Origin: a virus
Lineage: Duplodnaviria > Caudoviricetes
Virus record (IMG/VR): IMGVR_UViG_3300020045_008535
Span: 1 to 48,532 of that record
Direction: 5' to 3' (one strand)
Length of the DNA: 48,532 bases
A program made the position numbers and the translations under genes. The notes beneath the pieces were generated by a model. That model saw nothing but the letters and a program-made list of their open reading frames with translations. It was not told the origin of the DNA and ran no database searches. Shown one piece after another: positions 37,675 through 47,464 of the stretch; the stretch's first letter is position 1, and each line of letters opens with the position of its first letter.

Positions 37675-39915
37675 ATGCCTAATAATATATCGTTTTATAA
37701 TAGCCTACCCGCAAAAGGGCAACCGCAATTGTCGTCGGGAACTATGTCGATTAGTGACTTTCTATGGGCTATTAAAGCAGGTAAATGGCGCCAAGAGGTT
37801 GAGGCAATAAGGGCAACAGAGGATAAGGATAAAAGGAATGCTTTAAAAAAACGCTTGGTTTCATTTACAATTAGCGGCGTTTTTAATGAACGAAAAGAGG
37901 CAAATTTAATTGAGCACTCAGGTTTTATATGCATCGATATTGATAATTATACCGATAAGTCACACATTGAAACCGATCCATATACATACGCCTCAGCTTA
38001 TAGCGCATCTGGTAACGGGTTTTTTGTAATTGTAAAAATTGAGTCAAAAAAACATAAAGAGTCTTTTGGTTGGCTTAGGAAGTATTATTATGAAACTTAT
38101 GGAATTGTTGTTGATAATGCACCGCAAAATGTAGCCTCTTTAAGGTATGCGAGTTATGACCCAAACTTTGAGATAAATGAAAAATCAAAAGTATCAAAAA
38201 CATTAGCCAAAGAGTTTAAAAAACAAAAGGGAGGTTTGCCAATTGTTGTTACGGGGGAAAGAGTTGAGGAATATGTTAACGAGGCTTATGCTCGAGGCAT
38301 TAGTATTGCTGAGGGATACGATGAGTACTTAAATTTAAGTTTTGCTCTTGCAAATGGTTTTGGTGAAAATGGAAGAAGTTATTTCCATAAGTTGGCCTCA
38401 ATTTCTCCAAAGTATAAAAAGCAACAGGCCGACCGACAATTTGATATTGCCTTGGCTCGTAATATGCCAGGCATTACAGTTGGAACGTTTTGGTATATGC
38501 TCAAAATGGGCGGCATTAATATTAAAGCAGAAGACAATAACGCTGTTGTTGTTGCCGCAATGGGTAAAAAAGCGGGTAAAACTCAGGAGGTATTAGTTAA
38601 CCAATTAGTTACCGTTAACCATATACCTGAGCAACAGGCAAAACAACTTGTGCAACAAGTTTATGAGCGTGAAGATATTAGTTTGCAGACGATCGCATAC
38701 GATCCCGAGAAGTTAATCGAAACCCTAAAACAGTTTATTGAATCAAACCATTCCTTGCGCCGTAACTCAATTACAAAAATTATTGAGGACAATGGCAAGG
38801 AATGGAGCGACGAGAAAATGAACACAATGTTTATTAAAGCCCGTGCAGTTTTCAATTCCCCAAGCGTTACGCATGACCTTTGCCAACGGATGATACACTC
38901 GGAATTTACGCCCGATTTTAACCCTATTACTGAGTATATAGAAAAAAACAGGTGGCGCAATAGCACGGGAAATATAGATAAATTGTGCGCAAGCATTACA
39001 AGCAATACACCGTTAAAAGATATTTTTATACGTAAATGGTGTTTAAGTATTTTGGCAGCTTATAACGGTATTGCTGTGCGGTCTGTGTTAACCTTGGTTG
39101 GTGGGCAGCGCTCAGGTAAAACGCAATGGTTTCGCCGATTGCTGCCTAAGGACTTGAAACGTTATTACGGTGAAAGTAAATTGGATGCTGGTAAGGATGA
39201 TTATTTGCTAATGTGTACAAAGTTAATTTTAATGAACGATGAGTTTGGCGGTAAATCAAAACATGATGAAAAATTATTTAAAGAATTAACCTCAAAAGAA
39301 GTTTTCTCATTACGTGCGCCATACGGTAGAAACAACGCCGATTATTATCGTTTGGCATTGTTGGCAGGTACATCAAACGACTTGGATATTATGCAAGACC
39401 CAACGGGAAACACCCGTGTACTTCCTGTTGAGGTCATAAAAATAGACCATAAGGCTTACAATGAAATTGATAAAGATGAATTATTTATGGAGTTGGTTAG
39501 GGCTTACGAGGCGGGCGAAGATTGGGATTTTACAAATGATGAGTTTGAGGGTTTAGCAAATTTAAGTAAGGATTACGAGGGTATTAATTACGAAAGAGAG
39601 TGTATTTTACAACACTTTGAGGAAAGCAATGAGGTTGGTGGTATTGTTGAGGAAATGACTGCGGTACAAATAAAGGATTACATTGAAACAAACGGTAGGC
39701 AGCAACTTCGCAATTTAAAGGCACTAGGTATGCAATTGCGTATATTGTACGGAGCCAATAAAATGAAACGTGGATCAGGAAAGGTTTATAAAGTAATTAA
39801 GCGTAACTCAAGTCACTCAACTGTTGTCGGCCATAATAGTCCAATAATTACAGAGGCACCAACACAACCAACAAATGATATTGTCCGTAATGACATGGAT
39901 GATTTACCTTTTTAA
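37675..39915 (+). CDS. primase-helicase (BT4734/VirE N-terminus, PriCT-2, VirE/VapE ATPase)
   Basis: HSGFICIDID, SASGNG, SYDP, GGQRSGKT, NDEF, RAPYGR, DPTGNTR. Confidence 0.9.
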   Translation: MPNNISFYNSLPAKGQPQLSSGTMSISDFLWAIKAGKWRQEVEAIRATEDKDKRNALKKRLVSFTISGVFNERKEANLIEHSGFICIDIDNYTDKSHIETDPYTYASAYSASGNGFFVIVKIESKKHKESFGWLRKYYYETYGIVVDNAPQNVASLRYASYDPNFEINEKSKVSKTLAKEFKKQKGGLPIVVTGERVEEYVNEAYARGISIAEGYDEYLNLSFALANGFGENGRSYFHKLASISPKYKKQQADRQFDIALARNMPGITVGTFWYMLKMGGINIKAEDNNAVVVAAMGKKAGKTQEVLVNQLVTVNHIPEQQAKQLVQQVYEREDISLQTIAYDPEKLIETLKQFIESNHSLRRNSITKIIEDNGKEWSDEKMNTMFIKARAVFNSPSVTHDLCQRMIHSEFTPDFNPITEYIEKNRWRNSTGNIDKLCASITSNTPLKDIFIRKWCLSILAAYNGIAVRSVLTLVGGQRSGKTQWFRRLLPKDLKRYYGESKLDAGKDDYLLMCTKLILMNDEFGGKSKHDEKLFKELTSKEVFSLRAPYGRNNADYYRLALLAGTSNDLDIMQDPTGNTRVLPVEVIKIDHKAYNEIDKDELFMELVRAYEAGEDWDFTNDEFEGLANLSKDYEGINYERECILQHFEESNEVGGIVEEMTAVQIKDYIETNGRQQLRNLKALGMQLRILYGANKMKRGSGKVYKVIKRNSSHSTVVGHNSPIITEAPTQPTNDIVRNDMDDLPF

Positions 39916-39926
39916 AATTTAAAAAA

Positions 39927-40925
39927 ATGAATGTTTTAAGTTTATTTAATGGCATGAACACAGGCCGTCAAGCGTTGGAGAATTTAGGGTTTAAAATTGA
40001 TAAATATTATTCAAGTGAAATAAAACCGTATGCAATTAAATTAACTCAACACCATTTCCCTGACACAATACAGGTTGGCGATATTAATAATTGGCAAAGT
40101 TGGGATATTGATTGGAAAAAAGTTGATTTTGTACTTAGCGGTTCCCCTTGTCAGGATTTAAGTGGTGCAGGAAACAGGGCAGGAATAACAGGTGTAAAAA
40201 GTAGTTTATTTTATGTGTTTATTGAAATATATGAGCATATTAAAAAATTAAACCCTAACGTTTTATTTTTTCAGGAAAATGTTGGAAGTGCCTCCAAAAA
40301 AGACATTGGCATAATGAGTCGAGCGTTAGGAGTTTATCCGTGCCGTATTTGTTCATCTCTTTTAACAGCTCAGTTACGTGACCGTTATTACTGGACAAAT
40401 ATTAAAACAAAAGAAACTTTTTTTGATATTGTTACAGACATACCACAGCCAAGGGATAGAGGCATTTTATTAAAAGATGTAATTGAACACGGTTATGTTG
40501 TTAGGGATAAGTCAAGGGCTATTTTAGAAAGCGAGGGTCGTATAAATACAAATATGGATTTGATGCACAAACGTTATAAAATAACAGGTTTTGGAAATGT
40601 AGTTTATCAATTAAATCCATCTAAAGAAAGCGGAGGATTTCAGCCATATCAAAACAATAGAGTTTATTCAGATAATGGAAAATCTAGTTGTTTAACTGAG
40701 CAACAAGGCGGAAGATTTAAAATAGGATTTGAATATAATGGTGAATTTAAAGTAAGGCCATTAACAAAGGTTGAGTTGTGCCGCCTGCAAGGGTTTCCCG
40801 ATGATTATTGCGATATATTAACCCGTAAAGAGGCGGCAAGTTTGTTGGGTGATGGGTGGACTTTGCCTGTAATTGAGCATATTTTTAGTTTTATAGATAA
40901 AAATAATTGCACTAATAATCAGTAA
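39927..40925 (+). CDS. DNA (cytosine-5) methyltransferase
   Basis: LSLFNG, GSPCQDLS, QENV, QLRDRYYW, RLQGFPDDY, LGDGW. Confidence 0.93.
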   Translation: MNVLSLFNGMNTGRQALENLGFKIDKYYSSEIKPYAIKLTQHHFPDTIQVGDINNWQSWDIDWKKVDFVLSGSPCQDLSGAGNRAGITGVKSSLFYVFIEIYEHIKKLNPNVLFFQENVGSASKKDIGIMSRALGVYPCRICSSLLTAQLRDRYYWTNIKTKETFFDIVTDIPQPRDRGILLKDVIEHGYVVRDKSRAILESEGRINTNMDLMHKRYKITGFGNVVYQLNPSKESGGFQPYQNNRVYSDNGKSSCLTEQQGGRFKIGFEYNGEFKVRPLTKVELCRLQGFPDDYCDILTRKEAASLLGDGWTLPVIEHIFSFIDKNNCTNNQ

Positions 40926-41021
40926 GTTACAGTTATTTTGTGGCAAGTTGTGGAATTTTGCGGCGTTGTATTGAAATAAAATATATCTTTACACCATAAT
41001 AACAATTTAAACTTACCACAA
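40917..41021 (+). promoter_or_regulatory. early promoter 3 (IHF-like site, phased TTGYGG boxes, AAACTTACCAC leader)
   Basis: Boxes at 40938, 40948 and 40958. Confidence 0.75.
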
Positions 41022-41336
41022 GTGAAAAACGTAAAACACACAAAAGGAAAATGGATAAACAATCCGTTTATGAAATTTACAGGATTCAGAAGTATAGAAT
41101 CTGACGGTAAAGTTATTTGTACATTAGAGGCTGTAAAATTTGAAAGCGATGAAGAGCTTGAGGCAAACGCTAAGTTAATATCGGCAGCACCTGAAAACCT
41201 AACAGATAATATTGAATGGCTAAATATTCACGATGAGTTGTTAAAACAAAACATAAATATCCCTAAATCACTTTCTGATAAAATTTTTAATCAAGTTTTA
41301 AAAACTAAAGAAACAATTAAAAAGGCTACAAATTAA
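41022..41336 (+). CDS. phage hypothetical protein
   Basis: KHTKGKW...EANAKLISAAPE pattern common in phage early genes. Confidence 0.8.
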   Translation: MKNVKHTKGKWINNPFMKFTGFRSIESDGKVICTLEAVKFESDEELEANAKLISAAPENLTDNIEWLNIHDELLKQNINIPKSLSDKIFNQVLKTKETIKKATN

Positions 41337-41430
41337 AAACCTTGTCACAGTTGCCGTGGTAAGTACTATGGCAAGCGGATGGGTTGGATAACCGTATAAC
41401 CACCCTTTTTAAAACTAAATACAAAGCAAA

Positions 41431-41811
41431 ATGAATAAAGCAGATATATTTTCAGTAATAGAAAACGGCGAAGAGTTATACAATACAAGTGCTCTTGCAA
41501 GGGCTGTAATTGAGGCACTTTTAAGAGGTGGCGATAAACTAAACATAATAAATACATTGTTAAAACATAGTATTGCAATTGATAAACAATTAATGAACTC
41601 TATTAGTTTAAACCCTGAGCCTGTTAAATTTTTTATGTTAAAACATGAATCACATGATAAAATTAAACAACAAATGATTGATTTAAAAAATAATGGAGAT
41701 ATTGAGGTAAGGCACAAAACAGCCGATGCGTTGTTATGTGATTTATTAAACACATTAGGTTTTAATGATATAGTTAAAGAGTTTAATGAATTAGATAAAT
41801 GGTACGCATAA
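41431..41811 (+). CDS. hypothetical protein
   Basis: Ends H..ADALLCDLL..LGF...KWYA. Confidence 0.75.
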   Translation: MNKADIFSVIENGEELYNTSALARAVIEALLRGGDKLNIINTLLKHSIAIDKQLMNSISLNPEPVKFFMLKHESHDKIKQQMIDLKNNGDIEVRHKTADALLCDLLNTLGFNDIVKEFNELDKWYA

Positions 41812-41812
41812 A

Positions 41813-42019
41813 ATGGCACTAACAGACAACGACATAATGCCTTTCGGGGCTCATAAAGGCAAAAAACTAATTGATGTCCCCGATCATTACCTCCTTTGGT
41901 TAAACGGACAAATTGAGGAAAAAAGTAAATTGCATTGGACACTAAGTGATAAACTACTAAACAAATACATAAATGAGAACGTTAATAAAACCAATAATAA
42001 CACTACAACAGAGCGATAA
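41813..42019 (+). CDS. DUF3820 / exonuclease-X C-terminal-like small protein
   Basis: MPFGAHKGKKLIDVPDHYLLWL. Confidence 0.8.
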   Translation: MALTDNDIMPFGAHKGKKLIDVPDHYLLWLNGQIEEKSKLHWTLSDKLLNKYINENVNKTNNNTTTER

Positions 42020-42299
42020 GCACGGCAAATACAAGGTTACAGCAATGTTATGCAAAAAGACACCTAATGAGTTAACCGTAAAGGCAAAGAGCCATAACGG
42101 CAAAGACAGCCGAGTTTATGGCACAATTAACAGAGAGGGTAAATTTACCCAACGTACAACTCCATACGCACGCCATGCCTCTGTATTGGTTGAGGCAAAG
42201 AGAAAACAAATTGATACGGTTTTAGATTTAGTTTTTGGAACTAAAAGAGATAAATTCCCAACAATAAACAAACATGGCCAAACAGAGTTCACGAAATAA
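41973..42299 (+). CDS. hypothetical protein
   Basis: Operon ORF, basic. Confidence 0.6.
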   Translation: MRTLIKPIITLQQSDKHGKYKVTAMLCKKTPNELTVKAKSHNGKDSRVYGTINREGKFTQRTTPYARHASVLVEAKRKQIDTVLDLVFGTKRDKFPTINKHGQTEFTK

Positions 42300-42501
42300 C
42301 GACAGAGCAAACCAATTAGTTAGAGAGGCTGAGCACCGTGTTAAAATGAGATACGAGCGGTTAATATTAGCAGAGGACACGAGGCGTACAATTGCAGAAC
42401 TTGAGTTAATGCTAATGGAGAAACGGATAAGGACGGACAGCGAACTAATACATATTGAAATGATGAAATTAACAGATAGATTTTTAACCCAAACAGTATA
42501 A
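42274..42501 (+). CDS. hypothetical protein
   Basis: Operon ORF. Confidence 0.6.
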   Translation: MAKQSSRNNDRANQLVREAEHRVKMRYERLILAEDTRRTIAELELMLMEKRIRTDSELIHIEMMKLTDRFLTQTV

Positions 42502-42504
42502 AAA

Positions 42505-42915
42505 ATGAAAACACAAGATTTAGCAGAACAATTATACCCTTACTCTTTTGGTGCAGAAAAAAGAGTTGTTGACGGAAAACGCTCAGCATTTGTTGCGGGA
42601 GTTAAACACCGAGAAACAAAAACTTTTTTTGATGTACACACAATACCTGATGAGGGTGTTGAGGAAATTGTAAGGTTGTTAAATGATTTAGGGAAAACAC
42701 ATAAATTAATACGCCGAGAAATACATAAATCATATTTAGTTGCTTGTTTAATTGCAGGTGATGAGGTGTTTTATTTTACTATACATGACGACGGAAACTT
42801 TGAGTTAATGCGTGGTGAAATATACGACACGGCTCAACAGTTGGAGTTAAACACAATGGCAGTTTTTGAGGCTTATAAATATTTAACTGATACATTAGGT
42901 TATGAAATTAAATAG
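42505..42915 (+). CDS. hypothetical protein
   Basis: Operon ORF. Confidence 0.7.
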   Translation: MKTQDLAEQLYPYSFGAEKRVVDGKRSAFVAGVKHRETKTFFDVHTIPDEGVEEIVRLLNDLGKTHKLIRREIHKSYLVACLIAGDEVFYFTIHDDGNFELMRGEIYDTAQQLELNTMAVFEAYKYLTDTLGYEIK

Positions 42916-43294
42916 ATATGCAGGCCGAGGCTTTGCCTTTGAGAACAAAATTGTTGCTATTGGCAAACATTTTGACAACGGTTACTTTATTCAGTTTTTA
43001 TATCCATTTGTGGACTTTGGAAAACCCGTGTATCAAAAGAAAACAAAACCACGCATTAAAAACCTCGTTACCTTGTCAATATTATTTGCAATACCATACG
43101 CCGTTTTAATGCTGTGTGGTGTGGCGTGGATGGCTCTTTACACTATATACACCGTGTTAGGTGGCGCCAATGTTGTTAATGGCATAAAAGAGTCCAAAGA
43201 GTTAGGCGGTTTTATTAACCTTGTTTCTATTTTTTGCCTCACAGCTTTTTATTTAATTGGTATTATATCCCTTGTATTATGGTTAGTGAAATAA
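42902..43294 (+). CDS. membrane protein
   Basis: Two long hydrophobic segments. Confidence 0.65.
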   Translation: MKLNRYAGRGFAFENKIVAIGKHFDNGYFIQFLYPFVDFGKPVYQKKTKPRIKNLVTLSILFAIPYAVLMLCGVAWMALYTIYTVLGGANVVNGIKESKELGGFINLVSIFCLTAFYLIGIISLVLWLVK

Positions 43295-44472
43295 AATATA
43301 GTGCAGGCCAACAAGAGTTTCTAACTGCTGTACTGAGCGGGGAAAGCGTTTACCTTGACGGCAAAGCAGGCACAGGCAAGTCCTTTATTGTTAAAGAGGC
43401 CATCCGTAAATTGCAACTCTTGCGTAAAAAAGTTGTTGCCCTTGCGCCAACAGGTATTGCAGCAAATAACGTTGGAGGACAAACAATACATTCATTATTT
43501 AATATTAACCCTTTTGGAATACTTGAGTTTAAGGATTGTAATTTTTTAAGAGGCGAACGCCGCCGTTTATTAACTGAAATAGATACAATTTTTATTGATG
43601 AAGTTTCAATGTTACGCCCCGATTTATTGGATGCAATTCATTGGACGTTAATTAAAAACGGTTCCCCAGGGTTGCAGCACAAACAAATTATTTTTGTTGG
43701 CGATATCAAACAGTTACCCGCACCGTTGGATGATAATGCTCGTTCTATTTTATACCGCACCTATGAGGGCGAAGAGTTTTACAACGCAATTGTGTTTAAG
43801 CAACAATTAAAAGTGCGCAACATTGAATTGGTGGACATATTACGCCAAAGCGATACAGAGTTTATTGATGCGTTAAATGTTGTGAGAGAGGGCGGCAAGG
43901 CTGATTATTTTAAACAGTTTGTTACTCAAACACCTCGTGGCATTGTATTGGCGCCACACAATGCAACTGTTGACCGTTACAACCAAATAGGCCTTGAGAG
44001 TTTACAAACTGAGTTGTTTGAGTTTACGGCAAAAGTAGATGGCAATGTAAAAGCCGAGGACTTTAATTTGGAAACCGTTGTACGTGTTAAGCCAGGCGCA
44101 AAAATTATGTATTTGGTTAACTCAAAAAACAACCCTCTTTGTAATGGTACAATTGGCGTATTTAAAAACCGTGCGGGCTTATTTTTTATTGAGGTTGATG
44201 GTATTGATTACGCATTAGAGCGTGTTGAGATTACAAAAAAACAATATGTATTAAATAAGATTACAAACGATTTAGAGTTGCAGGAAATTGGCTCAATTAC
44301 TCAGTTTCCAATCCGTTTGGCTTATGCCCTCAGCATACACAAAAGCCAAGGTTTAACGTTTGATGAGGTGACAGTTGATTTAACTCGTCCGTGTTTCCAA
44401 CGTGGGCAACAATATGTGGCGCTAAGCAGAGTAACAGCGCCAAAGGGTTTAACTATAATTGTAAACAGATGA
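43279..44472 (+). CDS. Pif1/RecD-like SF1B helicase
   Basis: GKAGTGKS, APTGIAA, IDEVSM, GDIKQLP, AYALSIHKSQGLT, YVALSR. Confidence 0.93.
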   Translation: MVSEIKYSAGQQEFLTAVLSGESVYLDGKAGTGKSFIVKEAIRKLQLLRKKVVALAPTGIAANNVGGQTIHSLFNINPFGILEFKDCNFLRGERRRLLTEIDTIFIDEVSMLRPDLLDAIHWTLIKNGSPGLQHKQIIFVGDIKQLPAPLDDNARSILYRTYEGEEFYNAIVFKQQLKVRNIELVDILRQSDTEFIDALNVVREGGKADYFKQFVTQTPRGIVLAPHNATVDRYNQIGLESLQTELFEFTAKVDGNVKAEDFNLETVVRVKPGAKIMYLVNSKNNPLCNGTIGVFKNRAGLFFIEVDGIDYALERVEITKKQYVLNKITNDLELQEIGSITQFPIRLAYALSIHKSQGLTFDEVTVDLTRPCFQRGQQYVALSRVTAPKGLTIIVNR

Positions 44473-44816
44473 GAAAAGAAATTGAAGGACACCCCAATTA
44501 TATTGTTTCCTCTGTTGGGTATGTTATTAAAAAGAGTACAGGCAAACGCATGGCAACAACGTTAACTGAGGATGGTTATGTTATTGTTAGGATTACACAA
44601 AATAATAAAATAAAACGTTTACGCCTACATCGTTTAGTTGCCTTGCACTTTGTGCCTAACCCTGAGAACAAACCCGAGGTTAACCACAAGGACGGCAACA
44701 AATTAAATTGCAGAGCCACAAACTGCGAATGGAATACGAGGCAAGAGAATGCAAAACACGCACAGGAAACAGGGCTTTACACATTTAGAAGAAAAAAGAA
44801 AAAAGTAAAAAAATGA
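44469..44816 (+). CDS. NUMOD4-HNH endonuclease
   Basis: HRLVALHFVPNPENKPEVNHKDGNKLN...N.EW.T..EN..H. Confidence 0.9.
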   Translation: MRKEIEGHPNYIVSSVGYVIKKSTGKRMATTLTEDGYVIVRITQNNKIKRLRLHRLVALHFVPNPENKPEVNHKDGNKLNCRATNCEWNTRQENAKHAQETGLYTFRRKKKKVKK

Positions 44817-45043
44817 AAACTAAATTTTTGAAATGGCTAATGCGATTAGCTTACAAACAATTAAAAATTGCGCAACCAAATTGGACTGTTGGGATACCTG
44901 GCATGAGAGACCCCGAATCAGAATGTTCAATGTATGCGCCACGTAAACGAGTATTTGGCGATATGCTTCCAAATTGTTCAACCGATGGGCATTACCTTTG
45001 TAATGAGTGCGCCTTTAGTAAATTTAATCCTAAAAACAAATAA
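44813..45043 (+). CDS. Cys-rich hypothetical protein
   Basis: C...CSTDGHYLCNEC. Confidence 0.65.
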   Translation: MKTKFLKWLMRLAYKQLKIAQPNWTVGIPGMRDPESECSMYAPRKRVFGDMLPNCSTDGHYLCNECAFSKFNPKNK

Positions 45044-45055
45044 ACAAACTAAGTA

Positions 45056-45322
45056 ATGGATTATAATTATTTAAACGATCTTTTTAAACAGCACGAAAAA
45101 TCTATTTTACGTGAAATACTAATTAAAACAGTTGGTATTGCTGAGCCGCAATATAGAGATTATCAGAGCGTTTTCACAATGCCTGTTAAGGGAAACCCAA
45201 ATGCAAAAGCATTATGGTACAAAAACGATATAATAGGGATTTTAAATTACTCTAATGAGTACGATGAAAAAAACTATAAATACATCTTAAATATAAGTTT
45301 TATTCCTAAAATTAAACCATGA
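45056..45322 (+). CDS. hypothetical protein
   Basis: Operon ORF. Confidence 0.65.
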   Translation: MDYNYLNDLFKQHEKSILREILIKTVGIAEPQYRDYQSVFTMPVKGNPNAKALWYKNDIIGILNYSNEYDEKNYKYILNISFIPKIKP

Positions 45323-45465
45323 CAAATTTCCTCTATTACTCAGCACACGTTGTAATGTCGCCCGTTTACTTATTGTTATGGTGCGAAACTATTACGCCCA
45401 TACTTGAGTACAGAGGTAATTATTTATCACTATTATATTATTAACCAATAAAAACAAAACAAAAA

Positions 45466-45927
45466 ATGGCTTACAATTACGAAATGAGAAAAAAACAATT
45501 AGGGAGATTACAAATTAATGATTTTCAAAACGCTATTTTAGCAGCTTATAAATCAGGCGTTACAAGTAAAGCGCCCCTTGGTTGGAGTTCAGACACTATT
45601 GTATTACATGGGCAAGCGGAGCCAAGCAGAATCTCACTTGTTTCAATTAGAAATTATTGCGGAGATGCCGAATTGCTCATAACAGATAAAAAAGGTAATT
45701 TTTTATTTTATGGAAGATTAGATATTAATTTAGGTGTTAGACGTATTTCATTAAATTATTATGATATTTTTAATAGCGTTTACAAACATATTAGAAGTGA
45801 ACTTCCTCAGGTAACAGATTCTTTTAAATGGTACACCAATAAGACATATTTAACATTTGAGGAAAATTTTAGCGCAGCGGCTAAGCAACAACAAGAGTTA
45901 TTAAAAAAAATTAAAAAACATAAATAA
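45466..45927 (+). CDS. hypothetical protein
   Basis: A-rich leader, 153 aa. Confidence 0.7.
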   Translation: MAYNYEMRKKQLGRLQINDFQNAILAAYKSGVTSKAPLGWSSDTIVLHGQAEPSRISLVSIRNYCGDAELLITDKKGNFLFYGRLDINLGVRRISLNYYDIFNSVYKHIRSELPQVTDSFKWYTNKTYLTFEENFSAAAKQQQELLKKIKKHK

Positions 45928-45943
45928 TAAAAACAAACAACCT

Positions 45944-46342
45944 ATGGCAAACAACAGATTATTGCAATTGAGAGTTAACTACTCTGTAAATTTAAACCCG
46001 CAAACAGGTGGCGCAGAGCCAACGGCGGAATTGATTTTAATATCAGGCGAACCCATTTACCGTATGGGCGAAAAAGATATTGAGCGCCACGTCGTTTTAA
46101 AGTCCGACCGTGTGTTTGTGTCGGCCAATACGCTAAAAGAAAACATTGAAATCCTAACAAAAATACATGGTACATTGTTACAAATGGACGGCATTGCAAA
46201 AAACATTACCGTCCAACCTGCTGAGCCCGAGCAATGCGGTTACTCAAAAGACGGTGCAGAGCCATGCGGACAACCTGTTTATCAATGTGGTGTATGCAAA
46301 ACACATTATGCGGAGTTATTAGATAATGGAAACGATGACTAA
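45944..46342 (+). CDS. hypothetical protein with C-terminal Cys/His cluster
   Basis: C...C...CGVCKTH. Confidence 0.7.
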   Translation: MANNRLLQLRVNYSVNLNPQTGGAEPTAELILISGEPIYRMGEKDIERHVVLKSDRVFVSANTLKENIEILTKIHGTLLQMDGIAKNITVQPAEPEQCGYSKDGAEPCGQPVYQCGVCKTHYAELLDNGNDD

Positions 46343-46523
46343 CCGAGTATTATCAATCATAATTGGTTTAATTATTGGCAACTTAATTATGACACGTATT
46401 GATAAATACAAACTTGAGGCAACAGTACAACAAAAACAAAAAACAATTGATTCACTTTTAATTATAAACAAATATGAAAATTACAAAAACAATTGCCAAC
46501 ACGGCAGCGCACACACTAACTAA
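46326..46523 (+). CDS. small membrane protein
   Basis: One TM segment plus short coiled coil. Confidence 0.55.
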   Translation: METMTNRVLSIIIGLIIGNLIMTRIDKYKLEATVQQKQKTIDSLLIINKYENYKNNCQHGSAHTN

Positions 46524-46971
46524 AGAGTTAGTTAAAAAAAATAACGATGCAGCATTGCAAACAATAAAAACAATTGAGGAACATTTAATCAGCCTTTTAC
46601 CAAAACAGGTTCGGGATGTGTTTAACTCAGATAATAAAAATTATTTGGATGGATACCACCAAGTAAGGTTGTGCGGAAATGGTTTTAATTATGAGTACAT
46701 AAACCTGACAACTAAAATTGCTATGCTTAAGAATAACATTAATTTACCTGAGGACTTAGCGGCTGTAATAAGAAAGCAACTAGACCAACAAAAAAAAGAG
46801 GAAAAACGTATTGAGGAATTAGTAAACGAAATTGCTTTAACATTGATAAACCTGCGTACTTATAAAAACGTGGAAGAAAATTTCAAAGAAGCGTTTGAGG
46901 TATTGCCACCGATCGTCGCAAAAGTTCCTATGAAATTTGATGTAAAAAACATTTTAAAACAATTAAAATAA
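46474..46971 (+). CDS. Nmad5-like protein (nucleotide-modification-associated domain 5)
   Basis: MKITKTI start; L..LRTYKNVEENFKEAFEVLP resembles the T.K.L.E.WPE...LP signature. Confidence 0.6.
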   Translation: MKITKTIANTAAHTLTKELVKKNNDAALQTIKTIEEHLISLLPKQVRDVFNSDNKNYLDGYHQVRLCGNGFNYEYINLTTKIAMLKNNINLPEDLAAVIRKQLDQQKKEEKRIEELVNEIALTLINLRTYKNVEENFKEAFEVLPPIVAKVPMKFDVKNILKQLK

Positions 46972-46978
46972 ACACACC

Positions 46979-47464
46979 ATGAACAAACTAATTACAGGAA
47001 AAAGCCCTGAGACATTTAATGAGCAACTTGAGCAACACGCAAACGAGGGTTGGACAAGCGTAATGGGATATGAGGTTACAGTTGTTAACTCAGGCCATGT
47101 TATTTACAGCGCTATGATGTTTAAACCCGATCCGCCAAAAGAGGAAAAGCCACAAAAAAGAGTTAACAGCCCAACCATAATTAAAATATTAGAGCACCGC
47201 CACAAGCAAATTGAGGTTAAGGGTTACGATATTAAACATGATGTTGATCATAATTACAAAGGGCAATTATTAATGGCCGCACAAACTTTGGTAATTTACA
47301 ACCCAAGCACGAGTTTAATAAATAAACCGCCGTTTGGTTGGGAGTTAAAATATTGGCAGGGTTTAATGACTAGGCCATACAACGACCGTATGGCAATTGC
47401 CGCCTCGTTTATATGTGCTGAGGCCGACCGTTTGGAATACTTGGCCGAGGTTGCCAAAGCTTAG
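46979..47464 (+). CDS. phage hypothetical protein (two-domain)
   Basis: EGW...YSAMM N-domain; RHKQIEVKGY..HD...GQL..AA...AEADRL C-domain. Confidence 0.75.
   Translation: MNKLITGKSPETFNEQLEQHANEGWTSVMGYEVTVVNSGHVIYSAMMFKPDPPKEEKPQKRVNSPTIIKILEHRHKQIEVKGYDIKHDVDHNYKGQLLMAAQTLVIYNPSTSLINKPPFGWELKYWQGLMTRPYNDRMAIAASFICAEADRLEYLAEVAKA

Noticed and set aside
44469-44816. Intron-encoded homing endonuclease
   Set aside because: Free-standing with ATGA overlaps on both sides; neighbouring genes appear uninterrupted
45319-45444. 41 aa ORF filling a gap
   Set aside because: Plausible (ATGA overlap) but too short and featureless to support
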